NCBI GenBank assembly: GCA_020137815.1
Contig: CM035350.1
Coordinates: 6,634,001 to 6,698,000, forward strand
Reading direction: 5' to 3'
Source of the DNA: Hormiphora californensis
Lineage: Eukaryota > Animalia > Ctenophora
DNA: 64,000 nucleotides
Part shown: positions 12,501 to 32,810 of the stretch, piece after piece
Position numbering within the stretch: the stretch's first letter is position 1
How the letters are laid out: each line of letters opens with the position of its first letter
Program-made: the position numbers and the translations under genes
Notes under the pieces: model-generated
Databases searched by the model: none
What the model was told of the DNA's origin: nothing
Seen by the model: the letters and a program-made list of their open reading frames with translations, nothing else

Positions 12501-15054
12501 ATTGCTATATTGGGGGAGTTGTTAGTGGTAGGGTACAGCTGGGGCGGGGACACTCAAGTACAAGTTCCGGTAGGAGGCATGCTACTTTGGGGCAATTTAT
12601 ACTGGACGGAAAGAGAGCAAACAAAATATAGGAACAAGCAACTGCAAAGGGCAACAGGAGAGGGCAACAGAGAAGAGAGAGAGAGGAGGAGAGGGAGAGA
12701 GATAGTAAATTGTCGGGCGTCTTACCAAACAAGCTAAAAGTCAGCTCCGGCCCGCAAATTGTACTCGTTTCCTTATAGCTTCGAATATATACCCTGCTCT
12801 TTCTGTCTCTCTCTCCCGCGGTAGTTGGCTGGGTCACGTGCCCATATAAACTAGGCACAGCTAGTAGTTACTACATGCTTTCTCCCTCTCTCTCTCTCTG
12901 TCTCACCCTCTCTCTCCCTCTCTCTCTATCTCTCAGCAGATATAATGAATTGAGAGCAGCAAACAGTGAAAGTAAGCGTAGTTAAACAAATGGAAATACT
13001 ACATTAGTATGGTACAAGATAGTTATATTTGGTCGGCCCGGGTAGTAACACATATATAATTCATTACCATTACCCGAGACAAAAGTTGGTTAGCGACGTG
13101 CGTCGGTCGTGAACACCTACTTCTGGTAGGGTGAGAGAGAGTGAGGGAGAGAGAGAGAGAGAGTGTGAGAGATAACGTATTTAGTAAACAATACAGGTAT
13201 TAGGGTTGATTACTAATAGACCACGCCAGACATCACCCATGTGACATGGCAGACTAGACCTGCTGCCCGTCGGCCTAAATGTCTGATGTCGCTGGCCCCC
13301 TCTAAACAGAGGAAGAGACAGAGAGGTTAGACTTGCAGTTTGACAGGTCTTATCAGTAGGAATGTTCTAAAATTGAAAGAAAGAGAGAGAGAAAGGGAGG
13401 GGAGAGAGAGAGAGAGACAAATGTCACGTGTTTTTGACATGATTCGATTGGAAGGTGAAACCACTAGAAACTGTGACCTCAGTTGAACTGACAGCCCCCC
13501 CCCCCCTCATGTAGCAGATTATGGGAAATCAGGTTAGAGACGAATTCAGTGCCTTGATTCGGCCAGTTAAACGGAATTTTGGTAGCAAGAAAGTATCGAT
13601 TACGATAAATCTGACAAAGCGTGTTCATCAAGTTACCAAGTGGCTCGGGTTCTTCTAACCAAGAAGAAGTTACCAAGTGTCATCACGACGTCACACATTC
13701 TATGAATCAATAAGGTGGGGTCACTTGACGTTCCATTATAGCAACGCTATCATCTAAAAGCAAGAAATAATATGCTTTTTATAATGTGTGTGTAGTACTG
13801 CTCTTATTATATGAGGCATATATGTTGTTAATTTGGTGATAAGAAAGACTGGCCTCACGGATAGGACGGGAAGGACTGGTTCGTAGTATAACTGAAGTAC
13901 TGGTCCTCCCTCGTACTCATGATCCTGCGACAGGTAGATCTTGGAAAGCGATATTGTTGTAAGCATTGAAAACTTAGACAGCATTTACGGTTGCCATGAC
14001 TCAAGATGTTCGTAAATTGATATTTTGAAGAAGACTGAAGGGGGTGGCACGGTTTGTTGAGAAAGGGGGGCTCACCAAGTCCACTAAGGTTGTGTGAATG
14101 AATCAGAATCACACTAGTTTTGGCATTAGTTTTGGCATTAGGGAAACTTTGCAAGTTCGACCATATTCAAAAGGTACAGAAGTTGACGTGATGTGATGTA
14201 GCTTTTTTATCGATTAGATCATTGCAGCTGTGAAAATGTGAAAGATTTCTCCGTGATGCAGTGAGACATGACATCATATTGTGCCGTTATGGGAAGAAAA
14301 AGAAAATGGAAATTGGAGGGTACCGTTTAGAGATAAGAAATATCCGTCTTGTTGTGTGGGGGAGGCCCGGTCTAAGTTTAGCTCGGACGTTATTCTCTTG
14401 TTGGCGCTAAATCTGGGACACTTCATTATCTTGTTAAAATGTACCCCGCCAGCCCACCCCCCCCCCCCAACACAAGGGTATAGATAGACAAAGTGGGTTT
14501 TATAAAGGGTATAATAAGGTTTTTAACGATCTACTACATCATTACATTGTGTTGATCGACACAATTCGATCACAAATCATAATAATAATAATACCCAGTA
14601 GTATAATGCCACTACGTCTGTCTCTCCATCTCTCGCTCTGTCACCGCTGAGAGAGACAGAGAGTGAGTCAAACCCTCTGTCTCTCTCCATCCCCTTCTGA
14701 TACTCGACAGCACTTCTTAAAACCATCAGTATATCTCATATTACAATTCAACTCTACAAAAAATATGTTGAACATAATATAATACTAGGACTCTTTAGAA
14801 AATGAAAAGTGTAAAAATATAAATATGCTAACCCTGGCCCGCCCTGGCCTCTACAAAAATACATATTAGGACACGGGTGATCGCTCATGTCTGGCGGCGC
14901 CGACCCGAGCTGACAATCAAAATTGGGTGTGGCGTCGCCTGACAGACTGATCGCACATGCAAAAAAAGATATGAAAATCCAGGCGGCGGTAGAAAGATTG
15001 AAAACTAGTCGCAGCTGAATATGCAGTGCAACCATGTCAGTGTCAGCTGGTGCG

Positions 15055-20274
<5,220 letters not shown>

Positions 20275-20286
20275 CTGTTAATTGGT

Positions 20287-20365
<79 letters not shown>

Positions 20366-20583
20366 CTGGGAGAGATAAAGCGAGAGGGCAAGAGAATGAT
20401 TGGGAGGGAGAGAGAGAGGTAGATCAGAATGGGGGAGAGCGAATGTTTGTTAACTTAATTTGGAACCATCTCCATTCGATTAAGAAAAAGTAAGATTAGG
20501 ATGTCCAGCAGAGAGAGTATTCTTTATTTCATGTAGCGGGTGGGGAATGAGATTGGGTAAAGATGCACTCTTGCGGAGAAAAA

Positions 20584-20614
<31 letters not shown>

Positions 20615-20739
20615 CTATAGAGGATATGATGAGAGAGAGTGGGTACCATGGGTTCGCTCAGAAAAAGAGAGATTTATAGAAAATATGAAAGAGAGAATTT
20701 AGGAGGGAGTCCCGGCCTAAAGTTCCACTCGTGATAGAC

Positions 20740-21180
20740 TGTGAATAATTTAATAGATTGTCAGGCCAATGCTCTGGCCACGTTCTTCACGCAATGGTTT
20801 CGTGTTCTGATTGGTTCTGATTGGCTCATGTCACAGCCGCTAAACCCAGAGTATGATCCCATCCGATGTCAGATTTCAGAGGTGGTGCAACCACTAATTG
20901 CTAGAAACAGTTCTGATTAGGATTCGAGTGTCAAGTGTCGGGCTATAAATGTGTGTCACTATGAACAGTTTATTTCTTTCACTGATGAGGGCTATTTTAC
21001 GCCGAAACGTCTGTTTTGCTATTGAAATTTGTTCACCTTTGTAACATCCCGAGTCTTCTATGCCTGACCAAACTTCGAACCACGTGAGATCAATACAGGG
21101 ATCATCCCCTCAACATGTCTCTACCACGGACGGTGTCATCAGCCCTACACAGCTGATCCAGAGATTCTTCACGCAGGCCT
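20740..21180 (+). mobile_element. Penelope-like element pseudo-LTR fragment; boundaries approximate
   Basis: Tandem ATTGG (CCAAT) boxes at about 20810-20824, TATAAAT at 20944, and a minimal hammerhead about 35 nt downstream. This is the typical pLTR layout. Confidence 0.55.
20978..21015 (+). ncRNA. Minimal type I hammerhead ribozyme
   Basis: ca-CTGATGA-g-GGC-tattttac-GCC-GAAAC-GTC-tg: conserved core boxes, stem II GGC/GCC, a palindromic short stem III and a short stem I. Confidence 0.65.
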
Positions 21181-21771
21181 TATTTGAAAGAAATTAAAGT
21201 AGGGTTAGGCTATGGTGCGGGTGATGGATGAGTTCTAAAGATCGCCAAAGGTATCATATTACTGACTGCAGCTCACTTTATCAGCGGCCCTACATGCGTG
21301 ATCAGCTACCTAGAAGGTCATGTGGTAGTATGAGCTGTCCCAGCTCCTGGTATGATGATAAGAACCCATTTTCTGCAGACTACATCCCGCTCAATTTGAA
21401 ACTGTACACTTCTGCTCACACCGCGCTCTGTGAGGGTTCGGTAGATCAACTCAATATATATATTTCTAGATTGAAGTAGAAAGCTCAAGAGATGGGAAAC
21501 TTTGTCTTGTTCCACCCTCTCTTCCCGGGAACAAAACAACTAAGGAAAAATGGGGGTCACAGCAACTTCAAATTTATAGAATTGAATCATTTACTGGCAT
21601 ATGAAACTAGGAAATCAAGTGAAATTCAAGATCATACTTCGCTACCTCTGACAGTAACAACAAGGTTGTGAAATATTGGTTGGTTAATTCAGAGCAAGCA
21701 GTAGCCTATATAGCCGCTGCAGCTAGGCAAATACCCGCCAAAAACCGTGGTGAGCTGAGAGAGAGAGAGAG

Positions 21772-21866
<95 letters not shown>

Positions 21867-23550
21867 AAGAGAAAATGGCGGACAGGAATATTGTGAAAAA
21901 TAAACATTTACACCCCAATCTAGAGAGAAATATACCCAGACCATGAGAGGGGGGGGGGGGCTAGTGTGTACTTAGCGAACGGAAGTGGTAATGTCGATTG
22001 TCATAATATCATAGGGATGAAAACATTGATGAAGTTACTGGAGCTGTAAATATATCTGGATTTCTTCTAAAAGTATATACCTAAAGCGTATCTAGAAGGT
22101 GCGAACTGCGAGTTATCGGTAAATCATTTAATAAATGCTGCCTCGATTTACTAAATCATTTAGACAAAATTTTGAAATTTTTGGTCATAACTGATAACTC
22201 GTCCCAGTCCATTTCTTGGCCAAATTGCATAATCTTTGGCTCGTTGGAATGAGAGCATCGAACTCGATCGAGTTCTTTCCTTGGCAGCCAACCCCGTATG
22301 AGGCCGGGATCGCCCTACGGGCACGTGAACAGGGGGCCTGCAAAGAGTTTAAGAAAATAATGTCAGAATTGGCTTGATCTTATTCTTTCAAGATCAAGGC
22401 TAATCAATTGAATTTCAATTATGCTTGAATTGATTACTATAGACACGCAGCCATCCAGGGAGGGTGAATTATACCCCATTCTCAGATCACTGACATATTA
22501 TATAAAGTAGCAAACGAAAAACAGTTAGATGACACTGATATTATATCTCTCTGATAAGCTGCAGTTTGTTTATCTACATGAATCAGGAATTTAGGCCAAT
22601 ATTGAGATCATATCTCAATATTGAAGGGCATAAATTCCTGATTTATGCCTCGTATGCCTTTATCACCACCCCCGCAGTTTACAAACTTATATTGCAAGTT
22701 TATAATATATCTCTATTATATCTAGCACATCCATTGGGTGTGCCTTAAGTAACAAGTAACACGGTTGCTTGTAGTGGGAAAACGGTAATGGAAAACGGAG
22801 ATACAGTAAGACGACACGCAACCGCGGCCAATCAGGGTGCTAGTACGTGCTGAACACATGCACTTTTTGCCATTTGTCTCATTACTGTATTTCCATTACG
22901 GTAATACGACTTACAACTACAAGCAGCACTGTAAGGGCTTTTTGATAACCCGGGTGGTTCTTTTCGCCCCTTTCAACGTCAATAACACGGTTGCCATGGC
23001 AACTGAATTGGTAACTATGGGGACTGGCATGTTAAAAGTCATTCGAAAATATTAACAAACTTCCACTGGAGATCGATGTAACAAAAATATCTCAGTGATG
23101 GATGGGTCGATTTTGAACGGCAAAAAGGCAAAATGCTCATAGAACTAATCTCTACAACCTCCAACAAACTTTTCCAATTCTGATTCTGTCCACTCTCACT
23201 TTAAATTCACATACTTAGATACTGCCTAACGAACGGCCATCACGTTGTTCATCTCCAAATTATAATAGAGATATTTTGGAGATGTCGCGTGGTGGTGGTT
23301 CGTTCAGTGCGTTTCTAAGCGACAGTGCTACTTCATAAAACACTTTATGTGACCAAAGCTGTAAAGCTGTCATTCACACTTTTGGGAGTCTGTACTTTCG
23401 GATGAATTTTAACAATTCAATCATGGTTACCGTTTCAGTTGCCATGGCAACCATAATTTTGGCGTATATGTGAATAAAGAGCGTCCCAGAGGGCCATGAT
23501 AATTTTACATACCGAGTAGCAATATTCTATAAGTAATACACATATTACTT

Positions 23551-23581
<31 letters not shown>

Positions 23582-23763
23582 CGAACAAGGCGAGAGTCGC
23601 AATATTCTATAAGTAATATATTACTAAGAGAGACGAGAGGGTCGAACAAGGGGACTCGCCAACTCCGAATCCGCTGTTTTCAGCACGGAAAGAACCCCAA
23701 AATCAAGAACTGAAAATATCGGAAGACATGCTATTTCAAATTTCGAATTATCTATAATTGTCT

Positions 23764-23921
23764 ATTTAGAGCAAAAACTAATTGAAATTAGTTCGCCAGA
23801 AAGGTGACCCATTTATCCGTAAACTTTTCCGCCTTCAACTCAAAGGTGACGGAAATGAAGGAGTAAGTTCAAAATGGGCCACCTTTCTGGCGAACTAATT
23901 TCAATTAGTTTTTGCTCTAAA
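23764..23921. repeat. Hairpin with near-perfect arms of about 45 bp (MITE remnant)
   Basis: tttagagcaaaaactaattgaaattagttcgccagaaaggtg ... cacctttctggcgaactaatttcaattagtttttgctctaaa. Confidence 0.8.
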
Positions 23922-25772
23922 TTTGTACTCTTCTTTTGGTCGTTTGAGGTCATTTATGACCTCAAACAACTAAGCTAATTGTCAACTAAAGTGTTCAAAT
24001 GTAATTCAAATGTACCTGGGTTGTAGGAAACTGATTTGACGAAATTTTCAAAATTTGACGTCGTGACGTCACATGTGACGTCACGACGACGTAAAAAAAT
24101 TATGACAGACTATTTGGCCAATGAAGCACTAAACGTGTGAAAAGTTTTAAAGGCCATGGTAGTCAAGAACTGAAGTTATTGCACGAAATGTGAGTTTTTA
24201 TGTGGATTTTCACATCAAATTTTTGAGTTCCGACGCGTTTTTTTTGCTCGAAACCTAATGCATGCCCCGAACGATTTCCCAACGGATAAAACTTGGTTCA
24301 AGTCTCCACGTGTATGGTGAGTTTGCTGTCATACTACTTACGGACCGGAAATGCAGCAGTCACTAAGCTTGAAATTTTTTCCCGCTTCAGTATACACAGT
24401 AGATGGCATATGTGAAGTTCTTATAAAATTTTGAAATCTAGCTCATCTGGTGTCTGGAGTTAGCGAAGGGTTTCAAAAGTGCAAAATGGGCAAAACAACT
24501 TAAAATTTTATACTCACACTTTGCAAGTCGCCCACTTATTTGAAAAGTTCTTTGCAGAGGGCACAGGTGTAGCCATATATGAGTATTGGGCACCTGTTTC
24601 GTCGGCTTCTGGACCAGTGCGCAAACTTGACCAACTGAACGCACATTGGACTTACTTCGTGATTTAAAACAGTATCCGTAGTTTGCCTGGCACCATATTT
24701 GCGTATGTGATCAAGCTCCAGGCCATGATATTTACATAAGTATTTATAGTAACACATTTTGAGAGAGAGGAGAGAGAGGGTTCACATATCGAGAGTGCAA
24801 TTCTACACTATAGCTTAGAGAGTAGGGTGACAGGCGACTCGCACTCGACCATGTTGTCAGCACGGAGAACAAATCAGGAACTTACATTGAAGACATGCTA
24901 TTTTCAATTTCGAATTAAAATATACTCACACGTGATGATTAATATCGTCACAATGTAATTGAGTTGTTTATGATGTGCCACCAAGATTTAGTAACCACCC
25001 AACGTCGCAGGCGTTTGTATTCATGACTGATGTAGGTGTACACTTGCCGTGCTTATTGAACTTCACAAAGAAGTGGTTAGTTGGCTATAGTCCAATATCG
25101 ACCGTTATGTGATAGTTTGCAATTGATCAGGTACTGAATTAGTAATTATTTATACTATGGGATTGTTATTTAGTGTCCTCAATGTATTGTCTCAAAGTTC
25201 ATGCGTATGTCTACACCGTATTGATAATTTGGATCAGGTATTTACAGCGTTTCATTGTTTTGACTCAGCTCAAATAGTTAAGTGAGAAGGATCATGAGGT
25301 ATAGTCTTAGGATTTTTACGAGAGTAAGACATAGACCGGATACTGAGATAAGTGAATTTCCGTGAAGAATCTATAGTTGGAAGCCTGGAGTCTTCCAGCA
25401 GAGAGAGAGAGCTAGAGGTAGTAAGATGATTGATAGAATTATGTCTCTGGTCTAGGGCATATATAAGTTAATAGTTAAAGGGTTTGAGATAATCTTGTTT
25501 TATCCAGGATCAATAGTGACGTAGGAACATGTAGGTTTTATTAGTATTAGGATTATTTCAGAGAGAGAGAGAGAGAGAGGTGAGAGTGAGAAAGAGTGAG
25601 CGTGAGGGGAAATATATTAGGAGTGGGAGAGGAACCGGGGGGGTCCTATTATTCTAACAAGAATGCAAGTGAGAGGGTTTAGAGGGTGCCGTTAAACAAA
25701 CATCACATCGTCATGGTCTAACCTATAATATTTTCATCACGTGACCCTGATAATAATCCTCCCCTCCGATAG

Positions 25773-28700
25773 GTGCCCGGCGACCAATCCGTTTCGTATA
25801 ATGTCATTAAGGAAACTGGCGACGATAACCCTGATGATCGGACTGCTACAGATCAAGGGATCAGGAGATTTCAGACGCTCGCTTCCGGTTCTCACTACGG
25901 TAAGATATGAACTTTCGCTCAATTTATATGCTGCGATTATGTAACGCGTGTTCTTCCCGTTAATCCCCCCGACTACAAATATACAGTGAACGGAGTTATA
26001 TGGAATATGTTTGTCTTAGGTTTCTCAGTCCTATATAGACTGCCCTAGATGCATACATAATTCGTTTTTATTCATTATCCGTCAACTTTAATCTGTTAAT
26101 TATTCCATTCCTAGAGACTTCCCACGGACCCCTTTCCTGCTGCTTATTCAGCACAGCGATCAGTTTGTCGCTAAGACAAATATGATATTATATTCTTTAA
26201 TTCCCAAATACTTCATACAATCCCATAATATGTGGGTATAAAAGGCACGGATTACCTTTTCTTAACCCTTTTTCCCCACCGCAATAGCTTGCTCCTGCCT
26301 CTATTACTGTATTTCCATCTTAATTTAACCATGTATGACCACAAACGTAAGTTAAACTTTGGGGCAGCTGGTATAAATCGTTGATCCAGGGTCACAATTA
26401 TTAGAGTGACCCTGAGTTCAAGGTTTATCCCAAATCATGCATGAATTCCATGGATTATACCGCGATTACTGCAACTGTACAACTAGTTATACAATTATTT
26501 TGCATCTCACGACCCATTCCTAACACCCCCTCCTCCTCCTTCAGAAGAACTCGAAAATGGTGTTCCCAAGAATAGTACACGACGTGGAAGTTACATACCC
26601 GAATCAGCCATGGTAAGTTTTGTCCGGTTCTCGTTTAGTAGAAGATATACAACACATCACAAGTGAATCCGTCCGTTGTGTGTGTTAACCCAATTCAAGG
26701 GACTAGCAAGGCAAATCCGTCCGTCATTATTATATGTGTTAATTTCACCTCATAGTAACTTCTGAATCTGCTTTCCATCGGGCACTTTACCACTGTAATT
26801 ATCCGTACCACAAGAGGTATACTGTATGAACCCATGGTGCCCACTCTGCAACCTTAACGGCTATAGATCATCAAAATATTATGTTCTACCACGGCCCATG
26901 TTGGCATATCATTCAGTGAATTCTGGGGAACTCATTCATTAACTGGTCCTTCGCCAGATCAGGACCCTTTGTCCGTTAAATAATCCTTTGCGGTCGACAA
27001 TAAATCGAGAAAAACGGGAGATTGAAAACTTAAATAGAAAGAAGGAGAGAAAGAGATAACTCTAAGTGTGAGAGATTATTTATTAAGATCCCTGAGGGGT
27101 GGCCGCAGGGTCTTATTAGTAGAGTCGATAACTACATCGACCTCTCCCAATTGTTCCAGTTTTTGTCACATCTGTTTGGAGCCTCGACACGACCACGAAA
27201 CAGGTGTTACTTTTTCACAAACTGTTTTCATCTTGGTGTAATCAGCAGTTGAAATGTTGTTAATCATAACAAAAACCTAACTATTTTTTTTCAACTTGGG
27301 GTAAAACCATGGGTGTCAAAAGTTAGCTCTAGGTCCCCTGAGTAACCATCCGGAGACTCTAAGAGATATTTCAAGCCGTTCTCCCGTAATCATTAATCCC
27401 GGTGGAGAAAAAAATACAATGCGGACGTACGTGAGCGCTGGCAGGCTGTTTACATGTTATTGTATGTCTCTCACTCTCTCTGGAAAAACCGCACGTGCGG
27501 TTGCGCCGCGCGAGATAACTCTTTCTCAAGGGGGAGAAAAGAGAGAGACGCACATTAACGTTATACATTAAAGTTGAGGTTGTAGGCAATTGCACGTACG
27601 TCCATACTCAAATATGTGCACTACCGGGATTAATGATTACAGGAGAACGGCTTGAAATATCTCTTAGAGTCTCCGGATGGTTACTCAGGGGACCTAGAGC
27701 TAACTTTTGACACCCATGGTTTTACCCCAAGTTGAAAAAAAATAGTTAGGTTTTTGTTATGATTAACAACATTTCAACTGCTGATTACACCAAGATGAAA
27801 ACAGTTTGTGAAAAAGTAACACCTGTTTCGTGGTCGTGTCGAGGCTCCAAACAGATGTGACAAAAACTGGAACAATTGGGAGAGGTCGATGTAGTTATCG
27901 ACTCTACTATATAGCCACGTGTTCTGGACATGATCTATTCAATATTATTGAGCATTCCTGAACACTCAGGGGCTATAAAAGGACACCTAAATAGAGCATA
28001 TATATACTATATATAGTTATAACTTTTAGATTTGATAGCTTCCCTTTAGATTCGACAATTGCAGCACCTACCTTACCACTGCATTCTATGTAATATTACG
28101 TTCTGTGGCTCACACCACGCTCTGTGAGGGTTCGGTAGATTACGTGCATTCTCCGCCCTATGACACATGTCACTTTAGAGTGACTATATCGCAATTGTTT
28201 AACTTTCAATTACTTGTAAGATCATACACTGTTCTCTCTCTGTGTGTGACGTAGCTGAACTTTTGTTTTAGCACCGCATCGTGAGGTGGTTTCACGCGGA
28301 AATGAGGTCTTTTGTCGAGTATTATAGTCTGTTTGGCAGGCGTATAAAATATATATACAGGCAACAGGCTCTTATCATTTCTCTATCTATTTTATGACTT
28401 TGAGAGTTGAAAATAGAGAAAGGGAGAGAGGGAGAGGGAGAGAGATCAGAGAGAGATAGAGAGAGATCAGAGAGAGAGGGATCAGAGAGAGAGAGAGATA
28501 GAGAGATAGAGAGATAGAGAGATAGAGAGATAGAGAGTGAGAGAGATAGAGAGAGAGAGAGAGATAGAGAGATAGAGACTCTATAATGACTCCCATTGTA
28601 CTATACACTGTCTAATCGTGGCTGTACTGATATACGTTTGCGTGTGTATAATATGTATTTTGTATACTAGGTATATTATTATGCTTGTTAGATCATGATA

Positions 28701-31700
28701 ACAACATGTACAGACCGCTCGGCTGCAGCACACGCACCGCCAATGTACTGTGTTTATCAGATCTTTCTTGTTCTGTTTTAATTTCCCTCAGTACCCTTAT
28801 TTTGAGGGTGTTATATTCAAGCGTCATATTCGCCTTTGTTAATCACCATTACATACATCATTTCCTGCAATGTGCTCTATTGTCGTTCCCTCTCCCTTTG
28901 TAATATATCTATCCCATTTGATCGCTCTACCGCAGCATTTGTTTCTTGAACCTTGCGTATAATAATAGAAAGAGAGGAAGGAAGAGGCATCCAGACCGCG
29001 TGACTATAAAAATATGGAAAGACACGAACAGATCGCACCACAAGCCCGTTTATCTCCTTTAAAGCATGTGGTTAATAATTCAACTATTAAGGACGCGTCT
29101 CGCCTCTCTTTGGCTACCTCCCCAAGTCTCAAAGTCACATACTCGAGATAGTAAAATGAAGCTTTCACAAATTATTATTGTTAATGTCTCAATGGCTTGA
29201 TGTCCTTAAATTCTTTTTGTCTGTTCGGAGTACCCCTTATATTGGCCCCACCGCATAGCGATACCTAGTTTTTCAAGTTCGCTAGCAGAATCCATACCTA
29301 TGGTGAAATCTGTTCTTTTTACTGACACCAGGCGATATTATTTCTATTTGTAAAAAAACGGTTGGAGTGTCAGAATCCATTCATATCGAAGCCCATGGTC
29401 TTACCTTGCCACCTAGTTGATGAAGGCATATATTAACTTGGTTACTTGATGAATTACTTCGCCTTGAAATCCGTTCTTTTGTAATAACCGACACCGGCAG
29501 ATATTATTTCAATTTGTGAAAAAAACGGTTGGAGTTTCTGTCAGAGAGTTGTGAAACACATGACATGTGTGAGATAGAACTAGAACTAGAAGTGAAATAC
29601 ACGTTTCTGGTATCGGACACGTCGACACGTCTCCCAAATCGAAACCTTATTATTCATTCTTGTTAAATTCAAATTTCCGTAATCCTTCCGCCCCTGATAT
29701 CTCTCTCGATTTTCACTTTTTACTGGTTTCTTCTGATTTGCATAATTACTATAAATAGTGCCCGTACTACGTTTTTAATATAGATCCGCCCAACACTTGT
29801 ACGCGGTTTACCAGCTGCTGCGGCGCGGGGGAGAATGATAAAGAGGATATTGAGAGAGGGAGAAGTGAATACCGCAATGTTTTTGTTTGTGTCTACTTGG
29901 TAGTTCTTCTCTTCATATGCTAATAATATTTTGAATCTGTCACTCCTCCCCCAGACCTGGAATTCCCCCGATCCTAAATAGTCAGCTTGAATAATTGCAT
30001 TATATATTTGTCGCCCTCTCCACCTTATAGCTAACTATTTACTAGTACTGCATATATTTCCCACTAGAATTATTTTCTAAGAAAATGGGCTATGATCCAG
30101 AGAAGGACTCCGCGGTACGCCGAGATAAAGTGGTAAGTAAATCAGTACCTCACCAAGAATGCAGTTCTTGGTGAAAATATATATCAAATATAATTATTAT
30201 TGACGGTCTAGACAGTACTTTAGATACCCACGCCCTAGGAAAAGTCTTGGAATTTACGGTATTTATTCCCGATGATTAGTTTAGAGTTTTTTCAATCCTC
30301 GAAGATATCTAGATATTGAGATACCCCTCGTACTAGCAAATTGGCTTGGTAATGAAATTACCCCTCTGCAATAATAGGGGTGACTTCGTAACCAACAAAT
30401 TGGCAATGCATGTCTTTTGTTTAAAAGACATGTACTATGTCCTATGATCACTCCTGCTCTTAGAGACTCATTGTACCTGCAGTAGGTCTGCTAGTGGTAA
30501 CAGGTTGGGGAGTGAGAGCCTAGCATGAAAACGAGGGTATGCGAGCCCATTAAGAGAGCTAGGGAGGGGTGTACTTGTTTAAACTCTGTCCCCCACCCTT
30601 TATCTCATTAGGGCGGGGTGTGATACGGGTATCACAGAACTCGGGTGCCGGTTAAGGTGAACTTTCAGCCAATTACCATGTCTAAAAAGAAGGGCCGGGC
30701 CGGAGGGAGGCCAATATAAAAAACCCCGTCGACACCTCACTCACCATTACAATCAGATCAGTTCTCTGATATCGCTCTGTCGATACTGCTCCCATATCTA
30801 CTACAGGGGGATTCAGTATACTGCTCCCACCGTATCTCTGTCCCAATGCTCCCAGCGGGGTCTATTATACATGTCGAGATTCAGTATTGTAGATTTGCTG
30901 CTCTCTCCCTCCACCTAGCTCTCACACGTCTCGGTCTACCTATCTTAACAACTACGCCCTGACATTATAGTAATGGTCCTCTAAGAAACAACCTTTTACA
31001 GGACTGTTACTGGGCGCCTTTCTCCCTCTTTATCGCTCTCTCTCTCCCTCATTATCGCTCTCTCTATATCGCTATCTCCATCTATCCTCACTCCATTAGG
31101 CACCTCATCCACAATTGCCATTTGCCTTCACAGATGTCATATTTTGTACTGTTTTGTCTGTTCCTTTATAGCTATAAAGCTAGCTGATTCAATTTCTAAA
31201 AAATCCAGTAAACTAACCCTCTCCCTCCCCTCCTAGGAGATGTTCGGTATTCGAGTACAGAAATATGTGGCGAACTTGTGTTCAAGGGAGAACCTCGGAG
31301 ATCTTTTCTTCGAGTACTTCCTCCCTGCATCACAGGTACGTAGTGTGACTGTGAGAACATCTATCAGGACAGATATTTGACTCTGATCCTCACCTAATTT
31401 TACCAATTGTTAATCGACCATGAGTAACTGCTAACCACTAAATTCTGTCCTGTCGACCACATGGTATATCATGCAACTCTCTCTCCCTCTCTGTCAGGTT
31501 ATAGCTATTGCGGAGCCCTTTATTTGGGCACGACCCGGAGCATACCTATCACAATACCCCACCATTGGCTTTGTGCTAATTGGAATTATATTCCTCGTCC
31601 TTGGTAAGCTTTACTTAGAAGTAAACACGTCCTGTACTTGATTTAGTAGACACTATACTAGACAAGTACGGCCGTGTTGTTCATTGTTTGTACTAAAGTA

Positions 31701-32737
31701 GTAACAAAGGAACTATAGTGTGTGTTTGTAAACACAACACCACTTCCGTCTATATATCTTAGTCCCCGGCCAGACCTAACTCTTTATATAAACTCTTGAA
31801 AGATTCTATAGAACTCAACAAACCTCAACTAACACGCCTCTCTCTCTCCCTCTCAGGACTAAAATTGAAAACAGACGAAATTAAGGACGCTCTGAGGAGT
31901 GGTCATGTATTCCTTGTTGGAATTATCTCCAGTCTTTTTATCACCGGAGTTATAGCTGCTGGACTCACCGGAGAGGTAGGAATTGTTGGAACAAAGAATT
32001 GAGCGGGAACTTGTCTCGCAAAATACTGTCCTCTCCGAACCTTGCGGGACATTGATCCAGTCAAACAGTTTGACAAGCTGGATCAATTGTTATAATAGCC
32101 AACGTGAAATCTGTTCATTAGACACACACACCTCACTTAACACCTTTCTTTCTCCAGTTACCGTTCGATGAACCGCACACGGCGGTAGAAAACAGGACAT
32201 CGATGTTTGGACCCTACGAGTTCAGGATTGGTGTTATGCTTTACTATTCTGTTCCCTGCACCATTACAGCTGGAATTGTGCTGGTGCAGCAAGCCGAAGG
32301 AAATCTGCCCATGGCTGGAGCCATAGCAACAGTTGCCAACGTCATTGGATGTTACACAACCCCCATCCTTCTGCAGCTGTTCCTCGCAAAAGGTAGGCAT
32401 CTAAAACACACCTATAACTTTCTGTCTGGCGGCGCCTACCCGATCTGATCGCGTGCTCAGATTCAAAATGAAGCCTGGCTAGTCAGGAATTTAATAATAA
32501 TCCTGTCCATCCGGACATGGCGTGCAAAGCTGCAGCATGGAAACTATATTCTCACAATGCAGAATTATCCACGTAATTTTATGCAGAACGGTAGTTAGTA
32601 GAAGACACGCTATCCTATCCGTTCCTCATATGCAAGTAAAACATGCTACACGATAGCCGCGAGAGAGCGAGAATCGAGAGAGCGCGCGCGTCATAGAGCT
32701 ATCTATAGCTCCATCTAGCTTGCTATATCTCTCTATA

Positions 32738-32810
<73 letters not shown>

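Noticed and set aside
13754-14154. Possible extra exon or gene upstream of the peptide precursor
   Set aside because: No recognisable protein and no phase-consistent splice model.
21412-21448. About 35-nt motif repeated at about 28105-28140 (gctcacacc.cgctctgtgagggttcggtagat)
   Set aside because: Too short to classify; probably a dispersed repeat remnant.
24735-24920. Diverged duplicate of 23530-23750
   Set aside because: The indel-rich copy looks like low-quality consensus or old decay, with no sign of function.
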